From Octopus sinensis (Eukaryota), in contig NC_042998.1 of the NCBI RefSeq assembly GCF_006345805.1, forward strand, positions 74,028,001-74,092,000: 64,000 nucleotides of DNA, read 5' to 3'. The notes under the pieces are model-generated. The model did not search any database. It was not told the DNA's origin and saw only the letters and a list, made by a program, of their open reading frames with translations. Position numbers and translations under genes: made by a program. Within the stretch, counting starts at the first letter, position 1; every line of letters begins with the position of its first letter. Below are positions 12,391 through 25,260 of the stretch, piece by piece.

Positions 12391-13969
12391 TTAATTTCAT
12401 TTCCATAATTACCATACAAATCTACAACAGTACACCAAATTTGAAAACAATTGGAACGAATTAAAGGAATTGAAAACTGTGACAGCAGCAGAAAAAATTC
12501 ATTCTAATAATTTGAAAATGACTATTTTCAAGCATTAAATCGAAATGTTGATTTATTTCGTTTTACGGACAGAAGTTTTCGTCTCACACGTTAACTGAAT
12601 ATTTGAAATTGATTTGAAATTGATTTCAATTTCGAATAATTTTCCATTCAATTCATTTTAATGTCAAATTGAGATATTTACAGCAAATTACAATATTTAC
12701 AGTCAATTGCAATATATACGTTATTGAAGTACAGAAAATAAAAATTTTATTAATGCAATCTTTTTCAAGAAGTATTTTATGTTACAATTATAACACTTCG
12801 TTTTTGTGCTCCAAAGCGGAATGCAAAGGCGGAGAGGAAAGAGAAAAATAGGCTAAAGGTGAACGAGAGCACAAATGAAAGAGATCATTACTCAATATGG
12901 ACATTACGCCTAAAAAGGCTATGTGATGAATATTTATCCGCAGAAGTTAAACCATCTGCTTGAAAACTGAAAACATCTAAATTTCATCCTAGCCTTATGA
13001 ATCACCTATAGTACCCCAATAAATTACACTGAAAGTCAACAGAATATTAAAAATCAAGTTATGAAAAAGAGCACAACAAAGATACGCTGGGTGGGTTCAA
13101 TGCTGGAAAAAAATTTCGTACAAAATGTAAAAGGTATTGAAAAGACGTGTTCCTTTGTCCAAAACATTTCTAAGCGATGATGAGCAGTAATCTTTTTTGA
13201 TTGGCATCTTTAAACACAAGAATGACATCGATGAAATGACTAAGATAGTTGGTGTCAAAAAAATAAGCCACAATTTGTTTAGTATATGGACTATTTGGAA
13301 ATAATTGAGTTGATGCATTTGGATGGTTAAATAGTCGATCTAAGAAAAATGGAGTAAAACATGCAACAGAATTCCTGAACATGATCGCATCGACTAAGGA
13401 AAGAACACGGGTCGTTGTGGTTATCGTCAGTGAATGTAGAAACCTTTAGAAAATTCTTTTAATGTTTCATATAGATGTAATTTTTGACGCTGAATCCGAA
13501 TTTGTTATTCATTTATTCTAAAAACAATTTGCGAAAATGTTACAGGTGTTTAAATTTTGATAATTTTCAGAATTTTCAGCCAATCAGAAAACAGCACGTT
13601 CGCTGCCTCTTCCGTCATCTGTCACAGTAGCGAGAAAGTGGTGGAGGTGGGGTGGATACCGGATTGTCAAAACAATAAGCTAGCTACAGTAAACAGTGGA
13701 AAACATTAAGATTCGCGAGCAAATTAAATATGTAAAAGCTACGAGCAAACCAACAGGAACTGCTAGAAATAATAGCCAAAGCACTAAAATACACACGAGC
13801 AAAATAAACAGTGAAAACAGTGGAAAACATTAAAACATTCGCGAGTAAATTAAATATTTAGAAGCTACGAGCAAACCAACAGGGGGTTGCTAGGAATAAC
13901 AGTCAAAACATTGCTTAAAACATGCAATTGTTTAAAAATTTTCAAGAACGAAAGTTTGCAATACACTCT

Positions 13970-14285
13970 AAGATTTTATAAAATAAATTATCTTTCTCAT
14001 ATCTCCTTCTCTACATAAATTCACAAAGATAAGAGTCAACCATGAAACGGTTGTCCCACACCGGTGTTTGTTTTCACGCTTTAAAGATGCCCAGGTACTC
14101 TCAATATGTTGAGTGTGAGTCCCAGCTTTTGAGCTTAAAAATTCAATGCTTTGGCTCACAGTTTCATGTTTGAAATCATAGCCCACGATTTCTGAGAAGT
14201 GATTATAAACTCACCACATGTCACTGAAGACAGTGGTTCCTGGAAGAACTGAGTGTCGTATGCTGTCCTTGTTTACACTCCTTGT
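13970..14285 (-). pseudogene. Merlin (IS1016/IS1595-like) transposase C-terminal remnant
   Basis: VLPGTTVFSDMW*VYNH...HETVSQSIEF...GTHTQHIESTWASLK, matching PGTxIxSDxW / HxTVNHS / HTQxIESxW. Confidence 0.8.
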
Positions 14286-14771
14286 GCGCATGCGCAGCAT
14301 CTTTGGTTACTATGGAAACAGAGTTCTTTGTAATCAACTAAGGAATACGTGGAGCTTCTTTGCTTGCTATGCTAACAGAACTTCACGGTGATGTGTAAAA
14401 TGCTTGTTTTTGATTGGCTAAAATACCCAAACTTTGCAAATTTTAAAGGCTAATAACGTTTTCATTTTGAGTTTATAGGGAAAAGGATTTTCATTTTCAT
14501 AACCAGTTTACAAAACTTAATCCATATACCAAATTTAAAAAAAACAACTGGAGTAAAATTGTAGACAATGACGATTACCACAAAGATCCAAGAACACAAA
14601 TAATGAATTCCCTCAAAAAGATACATGGGCTATTCTCTATAAAAACAAACTGTAAAAAAGAAGAGTAACTGAACTAATATTTAATGCTATCTGAATGATA
14701 TTTTATTTTAGGGTGAAAGGGATAAGCATTGTCTAACACCTCTCGTCTGTATTTTCATTGCTGATTGTCGT

Positions 14772-14938
14772 AGGCGCAGGAGTGGCTGTGTGGTAAGAAA
14801 CTTGCTTACCAACCACATAGTTCCGGGTTCAGTCCCACTGCGTGGCACATTGGGCAAGTGTCTTCTACTATAGCCTCAGGCCGACCAAAGCCTTGTGAGT
14901 GAATTTGGTAGACGGAAGCTGGAAGAAGCCTGTCGTAG

Positions 14939-15016
<78 letters not shown>

Positions 15017-15232
15017 TTGTATGCCTGTGTTTGTCCCCCCAACATCGCTTGACAACCGATGCTGGTGTGTTTATATCCCCGTAACTTAGCGGTTCGGCAA
15101 AAGAAACCGATAGAATAAGTACTAGGCTTACAAAGAATAAGTCCTGGGGTCGATTTGCTCGACTAAAGGCGGTGCTCCAGCATGGCCGCAATCAAATGAC
15201 TGAAACAAGTAAAAGAGTAAAAGAGCAAAAGA
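14772..15232 (+). mobile_element. SINE family 1, full length
   Basis: Complete head, internal microsatellite and tail. Confidence 0.92.
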
Positions 15233-15601
15233 GTCGTATCTTCCTTCACTGGTTTAACTTTTGTCTTGTATGTGATTCTGTATTTGAAAATCATTTCAAG
15301 CAAGGCCAAGAAAAAGAAAATTTGCAAACAAAATTTGTCGAATAAATCACAAAATGAGTTTATTTCTTTTTGCTCCGATCTTAATTGGAAATACATAAAA
15401 TTTGAAAGATCGAAACATCCATCCTTTTACAGGACTTAATTAGTCCTGATCTACTTGTATTTCAAGCAGGCTGGGCTGGTGAGATTGCTAACTTTGTTAT
15501 CTGTGGCGTATCATGCAACATCAACACGCGCATACGCACACACTCACACATGTGTATACGCGTGTTTCTGTGCATGTATGTATGTTTGTATATATATGTC
15601 A

Positions 15602-16200
15602 TATTGGGTCAGCCCATAAATAATGCGGCTTCTTTATACTTCTTTTATTTTTTCAAAATGAAGATAAACAAAGTTCTTTTTTAGTCAAAAAATATACTCT
15701 CTTTCGTTTTCTGCAATGCTCTTCCATTTATTTGGTAGACTTGCAAGGCCCCTCTTCCAAAATTCACTTGTTCGTAACGAAAAATACTCCTCCACTATTG
15801 TTCTGACCTCGTGAACAAATTTCATATTTTTTTCTGTTCTAATGATTTTGAAGACTGCAGAATAAATGATAATCAGATAGGGCAATGTCCGGTAAATATG
15901 GTGGTGGGGGGATCCTTTCCCATCCAAACTGCTCCAGCCTTTGGAATCTCATCCTCGCCGTATATGGCCGAGCATTATCCTGATGGAAGAACACCATTCG
16001 TCTTGAAACCAAAAACGGTGTCATTTTTCTTCAAGCGCTTACTTAAGCCAATCAAGCTGCTTGCAGTAGATCTTTGTTATCGTTTGCTTTGGGTTTAAAA
16101 GTTCAAAATGGATTAAACCTTTCATATCCCACCAAACAGATAACAACACTTTACGTAGATGAAGACTTTCATTGGCGTGGGTTGCCGTTGTTTCTCCTCT
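15602..16200 (-). mobile_element. Mariner transposon 3' part with terminal inverted repeat and TA target
   Basis: VLLSVWWDMKGLIHFELL...FHQDNARPY...PPYLPDIALSDYHLF...; terminus ta|ttgggtcagcccataaataatgcg at 15602. Confidence 0.88.
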
Positions 16201-16446
16201 CCCTACCTACAAAAGCATATAATTGTATACATATGTGCTCATAGCGATTGGTGTTCTAGGCGATTGCAGTCCCTAGAAGCATATATGTATATAATTATGT
16301 GCTTTTCTTACACTATTAAAGCACTTTAGCTCTTATTTCTAGCAAAGTAGATGTCTTGGTATCCTTAGTCGCATTTAGTGACAATCATGCTTTTTCTTGT
16401 GTGTGTGTGAGTGTGTGTGTATGTTTGTGTGTGTGTGTGTGTGTGT

Positions 16447-16480
<34 letters not shown>

Positions 16481-16580
16481 TCAAATAAACAATCAATTCA
16501 AATAAACGAGTAAAATTAACGAACACGAAATGTATTAGCACAAAATATGTATTAGCTTGACATTCGGTGAAAAGAGAGAG

Positions 16581-16613
16581 TTTGACGTTCGAGCATAGCT
16601 CTTCGTCGGAAAG
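16581..16613 (-). ncRNA. Degenerate minimal hammerhead
   Basis: UUU-CCGACGA-A-GAGC-UAU-GCUC-GAA-CG-UC/AAA (U4 to C, one A lost). Confidence 0.45.
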
Positions 16614-16774
16614 GAGAAAGGGAAAAGCCCAAGAAGGAAAAGAAATCGCCAACAGCACGTATGTAATTATATATATATAATATATATATATATTATATTA
16701 TATTATATATAACATAAATATATATAAACCATACACACACCACACAAACACATATATATATATATATATAATAT

Positions 16775-16806
<32 letters not shown>

Positions 16807-17126
16807 GCGTACATTTACAAGACAGTGATTTCGAAAGTTTGGGTTGCTAGTCTTTTCTGGACTCTGGCTACCTAGCCGAAACTTCGAACTCTTTGTCACC
16901 ACTATTTCTGTGAATGTATAATATTTAATTATTTAAAAAAAGTATTAAGTAATCTTTCAGTTTAATGTTAAGCTATTATAACTGGATATAAAACATACAT
17001 TTATATCTCTCTGAGATATTTAGAAAAGTAATATTTCTATTATTGTAATCAGTGGATTTATTTCACTAGAATTCTTATATGTTTACAAAGGCTAGACAGG
17101 CATCTCCACCTAGCAGGCCATGCTAC

Positions 17127-17169
17127 TCCAGACTGATGACGAGCAAAGACTCAGAAACTAGTCTCTGGA
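17127..17169 (+). ncRNA. Type I hammerhead ribozyme with extended stem I (17094-17200)
   Basis: UCCAGA-CUGAUGA (17133-17139)-C-GAG-CAAAGA-CUC-A-GAAA (17154-17157)-CUAG-UC/UCUGGA; predicted GUC cleavage at 17163/17164. Confidence 0.78.
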
Positions 17170-17382
17170 TGCAGGCTTAGCTGGGAGGAGGTGCTTGTCT
17201 CCCCCTTGCAAACATAAGGACACAGGAAATGTGTCAAGGCCGACAGGAAGCGTTGATGCTTCCTAGAGCTAAATAGCAATGGTGTGATTCCCTTCATGGG
17301 ACTGTCACATTAAGTTGACATTATACAACTACTCTATCATACCACTACTGCTTATATCTCTCTGAGATATTTAGAAATGTAA

Positions 17383-17410
<28 letters not shown>

Positions 17411-17423
<13 letters not shown>

Positions 17424-17772
17424 CAAGATCAGATCCAATTTTACTTGTGCTTCTGAAAACATAATTTATGTCATAAGGTGCTCGGGCTGCCACCAAAACT
17501 ACGTGGGGTCCCCGGGATTATCACTCAGACGTAGATGCACCCTGCATCGACAACAATTGGCATTCCCAGAATACAGAATGATACCCTTTAGTGAGCATAT
17601 TGAGAAATGCACAAAGCAACTACTACCACAATTTTTAATCTTTCCATTCTATCAATGTGCTATTGGAACACCAACACAAATTAGATTAAACAAGGAAACA
17701 TTCTTCATTGAAAAATATAAGCCTAAACTTAACCATTCTAACATTCTCATACAGAGAAACTCACCCCACTAA
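17411..17772 (+). pseudogene. Penelope-like element GIY-YIG endonuclease C-terminus
   Basis: FTCASENIIYVIRCSGCHQNYVG, frameshift, then LRRRCTLHRQ...FSEHIEKC...RLNKETFFIEKYKPKLN. Confidence 0.85.
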
Positions 17773-18137
17773 ATAAAGGGAAAAGAAATATAAAGCGATT
17801 ATCTCCCTTATACCGGAAGAAATCGCTTATTACCTCCCCCTACCTGGAACTCTTCTTTGCATTGCATAACGAAGACATAACACGATGTAAATAAAGACAC
17901 CTGAGAAAAATGAGAAATTTGAAAAGTTAACACAAAACCGGTAATTTCTTCAAAAACTATGTTACTGTATGAAAAAAATTTATAACATTCTTCTAACATA
18001 ATGACTCAAATATATTCTTTAATCTTATAAAACAAGCCTTCTGTAGTTTTTTCACTCTTTACTATTTTCTATATAATATATTCTTTATTGGGAATAATAT
18101 ATTGGTCATTGAGTTAATGTATCGGTCATTGAACTAA

Positions 18138-18690
18138 ATTTTTTTTTTTGCTTGTTTCAGCTCAGAGCTGCGGCCATGCTGATGCACCGCTGTTTTGTGC
18201 TACACTGTTATTACGAAGAACCACCTCTAATATGTGGCACTTGGTGAAGAATGGAGTTTAGCTACTCTCATTTGCACCTCTTGCCGTGAGGTAGGTTCAT
18301 CTGGGACTCTCGACAGGAAGATGTCCAGCTTTGATTTAAAGACCGCTACATCTACTTTGTACAGGTTCCTCAGACTCTTTGGCAGAATATCAAAAAGTTG
18401 TGGGCCCTTGAAACCCAGGCTGTTGCAGAAGCTGGTCCTGAAGCGTGATGGCATTGCTGGGATCTTTGGCACTATGCAGTGTCGTCCCGTTCTAGCATTG
18501 GTGTAGCTTACAATGCCAAAATTTGGCACAATTCCTTCCAGGATCTTCCAGATATATATTACTGCATACCTCTCCCGTCTTCTCTCCAGGGAGTAGAGTC
18601 TTAGCTGTTTCAACCTTTCCCAGTAGCTGAGCTGTTCCAAAAAGACAATCTTCTTTGTGAATCTTCTCTGGATTGCTTCAAGGTCCGCTG
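18138..18690 (-). mobile_element. CR1-clade LINE 3' fragment with 3' UTR stem-loop and A tail
   Basis: ORF 18227-18640 SYWERLKQLRLYSLERRRERY...GPQLFDILP...FKSKLDIFL; tail gcggtgcatcagcatggccgcagctctgagctgaaacaag(A)n. Confidence 0.9.
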
Positions 18691-19507
18691 TTAATATATA
18701 TATTAGAAGGAATTACTACAGTCATATATTATCGGGCTGTTACATATACACATACCACCCCGACCGATAACACATAGAATCAGTCACAAACAGATTAAGC
18801 CAATATCAGTATGATGCTTTTATTAGGCTTACGTCATACACAATCAATAATGTTTTATTGCAGTATAATTACATTGTAGCATATTCAACTACAGAAACTA
18901 ACCTAACTATATATTTTTTATATAACCCTAACTATATATTTTTTTTATTCTTTGCGTGACCAGCTTCTTGATTCTATTGTCAATATTACTTTCGCTATTA
19001 TGGTAAAGTTACTGTTTCACTGAGGAGATAAAATAAGACCAAAAATCGCTGTAGTTATCTCCCATACTTACCAGCGTAATTGAATTTCTGCTGATCTTTG
19101 ATATAATATATTGGTTATTGAGTTAATATATTGGTTATTGAGCTAATATATTGGTTACTGATCACTGAGTTAATATATTCTTTATTGGGAATAATATATT
19201 GGTCATTGAGTTAATGTATTGGTCATTGAACTAATTTGTTATTGATTGTTAGGTTAATCTATTGGTCCGTGTAGATGCAATATGACTGAATGGTTAAGAA
19301 GTTTGCTTCGCAATTACGAAATTTCCGATTCGATCTTACTGTATGGCTGCCTGGCAAGGGTCATTTTCTGTAGCCTCGATCACTCCATTCTTTGTGAGCA
19401 TAACTGTGCGGAGGGATACTGAATGATATCCCGTCGGATGGATTACATCCGTGGTTCAAATGACCCGCTTTGTTTCATCGTCACACTGACTCCACATGAG
19501 AATTACA

Positions 19508-19743
19508 TTAAAACTTTGCTTGTCCTGTGTATCACATGTGATACACAGGACATATTTCCCTGGTGCCCATGCATCGTGTATGGTACACGTTTCCAAATTT
19601 TTCAACCACCAGAGTAACTTAAAAAAGTAACGCTTTGTATTACTCACAACATATGAAACCTGAGCTAACAAAAACGTATGAAAACAAGCATAGACGTTTA
19701 GGATAAAATTATGAAAATGTGCTTTAGACAGGCAGAGGGTTAA
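19508..19743. mobile_element. Possible piggyBac-type MITE
   Basis: TTAA at 19508-19511 and 19740-19743 with imperfect termini (aactttgcttgtc / gacaggcagaggg); internal perfect 32-bp palindrome. Confidence 0.35.
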
Positions 19744-20536
19744 GCAGAATCCTCATAACAAAATAAGCTATTTACTATTTCCCTGTTCATTCCTATTTTT
19801 TCAGCCTCCAGAGTAACTTGGGACTTATGAATGGAAGGCTTTATATATCACAGAACGTATGAAACAAGGGCCAACTTTAGTTAATCTCGAAACAAGCATG
19901 GACATTTGGATGTGCAAAAGGTTAAAACTACACCTGTCCGTGGCATGCGCAGTCCCCAGCACATTACTTCGATGAGCCTGAAATTTAATTAATCGAACAA
20001 CTGTGATCGGAAGTGATCGGAAATTCTGACCAAACTCCATATTTGTAATTAAGGTGGATAATTAGAAGAGCGTTGAATAGAATGTTGCGCAATATTTGTT
20101 CTGGCTTTATATGCTCCGAGTTCAAATGTCACCGAGATCAACTTTGCCTATCATCAATAAAAAAGAACTCATCCGAGAAGTTGGCTGGTGGAACTGTAAG
20201 AAGATCAGACAGGATACTTTTCGGTATTTGTTTCAGCTCCTTCCGTTTCGAGTTCAAATCCTACCGCGTCTTGGGTTGTAGACTTAATTTGTCACCCGGT
20301 TGAACACCGCCATATGGTACCATGGGTGAGGGTGCTCTTTAGTAGACTCCGCTTTAACACAGGCATTCGAGCCACGTCTTCTGTTAGAGGATAACTTCTT
20401 CCTTCTCATCTACTTTTGGAAGCCTTATAAATGGCCATGGACGCTGCCTTCTCTCCTGCTGAAAAATAAAACAATTGAACAAATTGGTTACTAAGTCACT
20501 TCGATCATATTATTGCTTTTAATTAATTTTTTAATA

Positions 20537-20965
20537 GGCGTAGGAGTGACTGTGCGGTAAGTAGCTTGCTTACGAACCACATAGTTCCAGGTTCAGTCCC
20601 ACTGCGTGGCACCTTGGGCAAGTTTCTTCTACTATAGCCTCGGGCCGACCAAAGCCTTGTGAGTGGATTTGGTAGACGGAAACTGAAAGAAGCCCTTCAT
20701 ATATATGTATGTACATATATATATATATATATATATAAATATATATATATGCATGTGTGTGCATATGTTTGTGTGCTTGTGTTTGTCCCGCCCCCTCCCC
20801 AACATCGCTTGACAACCGATGGTGGTGTGTTTACGTCCCCGTAACTTAGCGGTTCGGCAAAAGAGACCGATAGAATAAGTACTAGGCATCCAAAGAATAA
20901 GTCCTGGGATCGTTTTGCTCGACTAAAGGTGGTGCTCCAGCATGGCTGAAACAAGTAAAAAAAAA
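20537..20965 (+). mobile_element. SINE family 1
   Basis: Full head and body, slightly deleted tail. Confidence 0.9.
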
Positions 20966-21857
20966 AAGAGAGTATCCTCTGTATTATATCAGTTAACACT
21001 AGCTTAGCTAATGTTTTTTTTTTTTTTGTATTATTTTGATGTAGATGACTTATCTGAGTAAATTATTCTCTACATTATGGTGATGCAGACATTTGCTGGT
21101 AGCTATGGGAAATGCAGGTGGTAGTAGTTTTGATAGATGATGGTAGGTAGGGAATGGTAGCTACAGTTGGTAACAGTTGTGTGGACATGTGACAGTGGTG
21201 GATGGTAGCTACAATAGAAGTAGGTTATGGTGATTGCGATGGTAATAATGCTGCGGCAGATAATTGGGATAGGTAATATGATAGTTGTGGATGGTATCCA
21301 ACATACGTGATGAGCATAAACCTAGAAAAACCAGTAACAAAATAGGAGACAGGAAGGAGACAGAACTAGCAGGGTGGTGACAGGCCCCAGCAAACCCACA
21401 TCATACTATCATCTGCTTACACTCCCCCACCAATCTACAGTACAACCATCCAACCATCCAACCAACCCGCACCTTTCTACTGACACCACTCCACACCTGT
21501 CTCCTATTTCCCCAAGTACCAACACCTAGGTATATATCTATATATTTGCATTACTTCACGCTATTATTTTATATGTGTTTGAATAAACAGTTTTCTGTCT
21601 AGCATTAGTCAACCATATGTAGCAGCTGTTTATTCACCATAAATACATCAATAAATACACGTGTCTCGTTCCCGCTTCTCCCTTTCTCTCTCTTTCAAGT
21701 ACACGCATACATACAAAATTATACATACATATATACATTTATATATATATATATGTACATGTAGAGGTAGGTACGTACATATATGTTTATATATATGCAT
21801 ATATTCTATTTTATTAACATATATATATATATATTATATATATATATATATATATGG

Positions 21858-21934
<77 letters not shown>

Positions 21935-22133
21935 ACACATATATACATGCATACATACATATATTTATGTATGTATGTGACCATGTATATGTACATTCGT
22001 ATACATAAATACATCAATAAATGCGCGCACGCGTATTCGTTCACTATAAATACACTAATGTACACATTGTGGGTGGTTTCTGTTTATATATGTACTTATT
22101 ATATATACATATATACATATTTATGTATACATA

Positions 22134-22165
<32 letters not shown>

Positions 22166-22209
22166 CATATATATATATACATATATATATATATGTATAT
22201 ATATGTATG

Positions 22210-22281
<72 letters not shown>

Positions 22282-22883
22282 AAAGGGTTGTGTATATCTA
22301 ATTCATTGTCTAGTTAAACACTACCAATGTCTCCGTTTACCTTAACCACAGACAGTCTCCTTCAACCCAATTAATCAATCACTCTCTGATCTGGTGATAT
22401 CGACCACCTTTGCTTTCTACTAATGCAACCCATCAACTTCGGATTCTACTTACTCTCCTTTCCCTTCCTCTCTTTCCTCTTTCTTTCTCCTCTTCCTTCC
22501 TCTCTCTGTCTCAGTCGTTGAGCCGCCCTGCCTCGTCTAAGTAGGTCACACAATATTATTTATATTATTATTTCACACTCAGTGATGAGTGTAATGGTTG
22601 ACTAATGTCTATTTCGTGAAACCTTTAGGTATAAGGAAATATTTTGGTTTATCAAAATACAACTTCGAGCGCGCGCGTGTGTGTGACGAAGGTGGTAAAA
22701 CCAAGGTTATTATTTTGAAGCGATTTTAAGAATAACGACAGAACATTTTCTCGTGGAGAGACTCAGTACTCAAAAAAGAGCTAAATTTCTTCTAAAATTT
22801 ATTTTCTCCGAGACTTCAAGTTTCGCCTAACGGCTAATTCAGCTTTTAAGCACTAGTCAAAATTTACTTTATAATGTATATAG

Positions 22884-23053
22884 GTAAGACTGTATGGGAA
22901 GAAGCTAGCTTACCAACCACATGGTTCTGGGTTCCGGGTTCGGTCTCACTGCGAGGTACCTTGGACGAGTGTTTTCTATTATAGTCCAGGGTCGACCAAA
23001 GTCTTGTGAATGAATCTGGTTGACGGAAACTAAAATAAGACCATCGTATAATA

Positions 23054-23091
<38 letters not shown>

Positions 23092-23305
23092 TGTGTGTGT
23101 GTGTGAGTGTGTTTATGCTTTCCCCATCACCGCTTCATCAGTGGTGTTGGTCTGTTTACGCCCTTGTAACTTAGTGGTTCGGCAAGAGACACCGATAGAA
23201 TAGGGGACAAACTTTGAAATACGTGCTGGAGTCGATTTGTTTGGCTAAATTCTTCGAGTTGGCGCCTTAGCATGGCCGCAATCCAATGACTGAAACACGT
23301 AAACG
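22884..23305 (+). mobile_element. SINE family 1, older diverged copy
   Basis: Colinear with family 1 but with many substitutions. Confidence 0.8.
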
Positions 23306-23380
23306 ATCAAACAAATAGTATTGCGCGCATGCGCGCGTGCGTGTGTTTTGGTAACTTTCAGAAGGGCATTGCATTAGAGC

Positions 23381-23445
23381 AGTGCTCCGCAATCGGTATG
23401 CCGCGGCACACTGGTGTACCACGAGAGGCTACTAGGTGTGCCATA
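23381..23445. mobile_element. hAT/Charlie-type MITE terminus
   Basis: cagtgctccgcaa...tgccgcggcacactggtgtaccacgaga resembles CAGTG-type hAT MITE ends. Confidence 0.4.
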
Positions 23446-23538
23446 CTATAACCTGAATATAATTTTTTCCATATACTTTGAGTTATATCTTTAGTTCAGG
23501 AAAGCCGCCAAATTTTTAAAAAGAATATAAGTGTACAT

Positions 23539-23710
23539 AGGCGTAGGAGTCGCTGTGTGGTAAGTAGCTCGCTTACGAACCACATGGTTCCGGGTTCAGT
23601 CCCACTGCGTGGAACCTTGGGCAAGTTTCTTCTACTATAACCTCGGGCCGACCAAAGCCTTGTGAGTGGATTTGGTAGACGGAAACTGAAAGAAGCCAGT
23701 CGCATATATG

Positions 23711-23754
<44 letters not shown>

Positions 23755-23977
23755 TGTGTGTATGTTTGTGTGTCTGTGTTTGTCCCCCCAACATCGCTTG
23801 GCAACCGATGCTGGTGTGTTTACGTCCCCGTAACTTAGCGGTTCGGCAAAAGAGACCGACAGAATAAGTACTAGGCTTCCAAAGAATAAGTCCTGGGGGT
23901 CGATTTGCTCGACTAAAGGCGGTGCTCCAGCATGGCCACAGTCAAATGACTGAAACAAGTAAAAGAGTTAAAGAGTA
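23539..23977 (+). mobile_element. SINE family 1, full length
   Basis: Complete head, internal microsatellite and tail. Confidence 0.92.
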
Positions 23978-24529
23978 CCGCAAGTGAAAAAAGGTTGCGG
24001 AGCTCTGTATTACAGAGCTGTAGTTAGATAGGAGGATGCCTGCCGTAATGTTTGTATGGCATGGTAACAGCTGTTACGCTTAATAATGTGTCGGTGATTA
24101 TATACGGCAGAAGGCTATCCTGATTTCTCACTGAATATGTGAAAGGTAATATAACAGATGGTGTGTGACTTCCTACCTTTAGACTGGGTTTAACAATGGA
24201 GACGTGTTTAACTGAAGCGATGACAGGACTATAGCTACAACGGCAAGAAGGAAAATAACAGCATTGGGAACAACGTAATGATGTATAAGCGAGGGGACTA
24301 TAGCAATGGCATCATCGACAATAATTAAATAAGTTGTTTCATATGAAGAAGAGTGGCCATATTCAAAAGTTTTCTACCGCATGAGGATATAATAGTGTGA
24401 AAAAGTCCAATGAAAAATGTTGTAGGGTAAACAAAGATTTCAATGAGGTGTGTGTGTGTATGCGCACGCGGGTGAGAATCAGGGATGAGCTATCTGCTGA
24501 AAGTCAGATATATTTCTTTACTGCCCACA

Positions 24530-24700
24530 AAGGGCTAAACATAGAGGGGACAAACAAGGACAGACAAAGGGATTAAGTCGATTACATCGACCCCAGTGCG
24601 AAACTGGTGCTTAATTTATCGACCCCGAAAGGATGAAAGGCAAAGTCGACCTCGGCGGAATTTGAACTCAGAACGTAACGGCAGACGAAATACCGCTAAA
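24530..24700 (-). mobile_element. SINE family 2, tail type A
   Basis: Nearly identical to 8405-8600. Confidence 0.88.
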
Positions 24701-25194
24701 CAGACGATATATTATTGTCGTTGTCCACGTCATTGTCGTCGTTGTTGTTGTTGATTTTGTTGTTACTTAGTCTCAAGTCAGTCGGGATCTTATAAACAAA
24801 TGACCAAGGATGTTCCGGCCATGAACATTTTTATGTTTTAGCATAACTAGGACTATATTATTCAATATAACTTCAATTCTTTTTATTTATTTTTTTTAGA
24901 CAGTTGGACTTGATTGGATGAATGTTGGGCTGTTATTTCTAGCTGGTCAAACAACCATGTTGCGACAGGCCCTGAGACAATAAACGAATGAGAGAGGTGA
25001 AGTCAGAAACCATGAAGAGTCATTAAGTCAAGAAGTGATACACGCACACACACACATACACACACAGATTCACACACACATATATATGTATGTGTGTATG
25101 TTGTGTGCGTGTGTTTTATGTAACCAACTCAGACTTTTCACAGAAGTGAGTTCTCTTTCACTCACTCACCCTGTCTCTCTCTCTCTCTCTCCCT

Positions 25195-25260
<66 letters not shown>

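Noticed and set aside
19072-19095. 24-nt micro-exon (DQQKFNYA) with a perfect GTAAGTAT donor on minus
   Set aside because: Weak acceptor next to a minisatellite and no supporting exons; a chance donor is plausible.
22570-22635. Hammerhead-like GTGATGA...GAAACCTTTAGGTA
   Set aside because: C3 is changed and stems I and II are poor; at best a heavily decayed copy.
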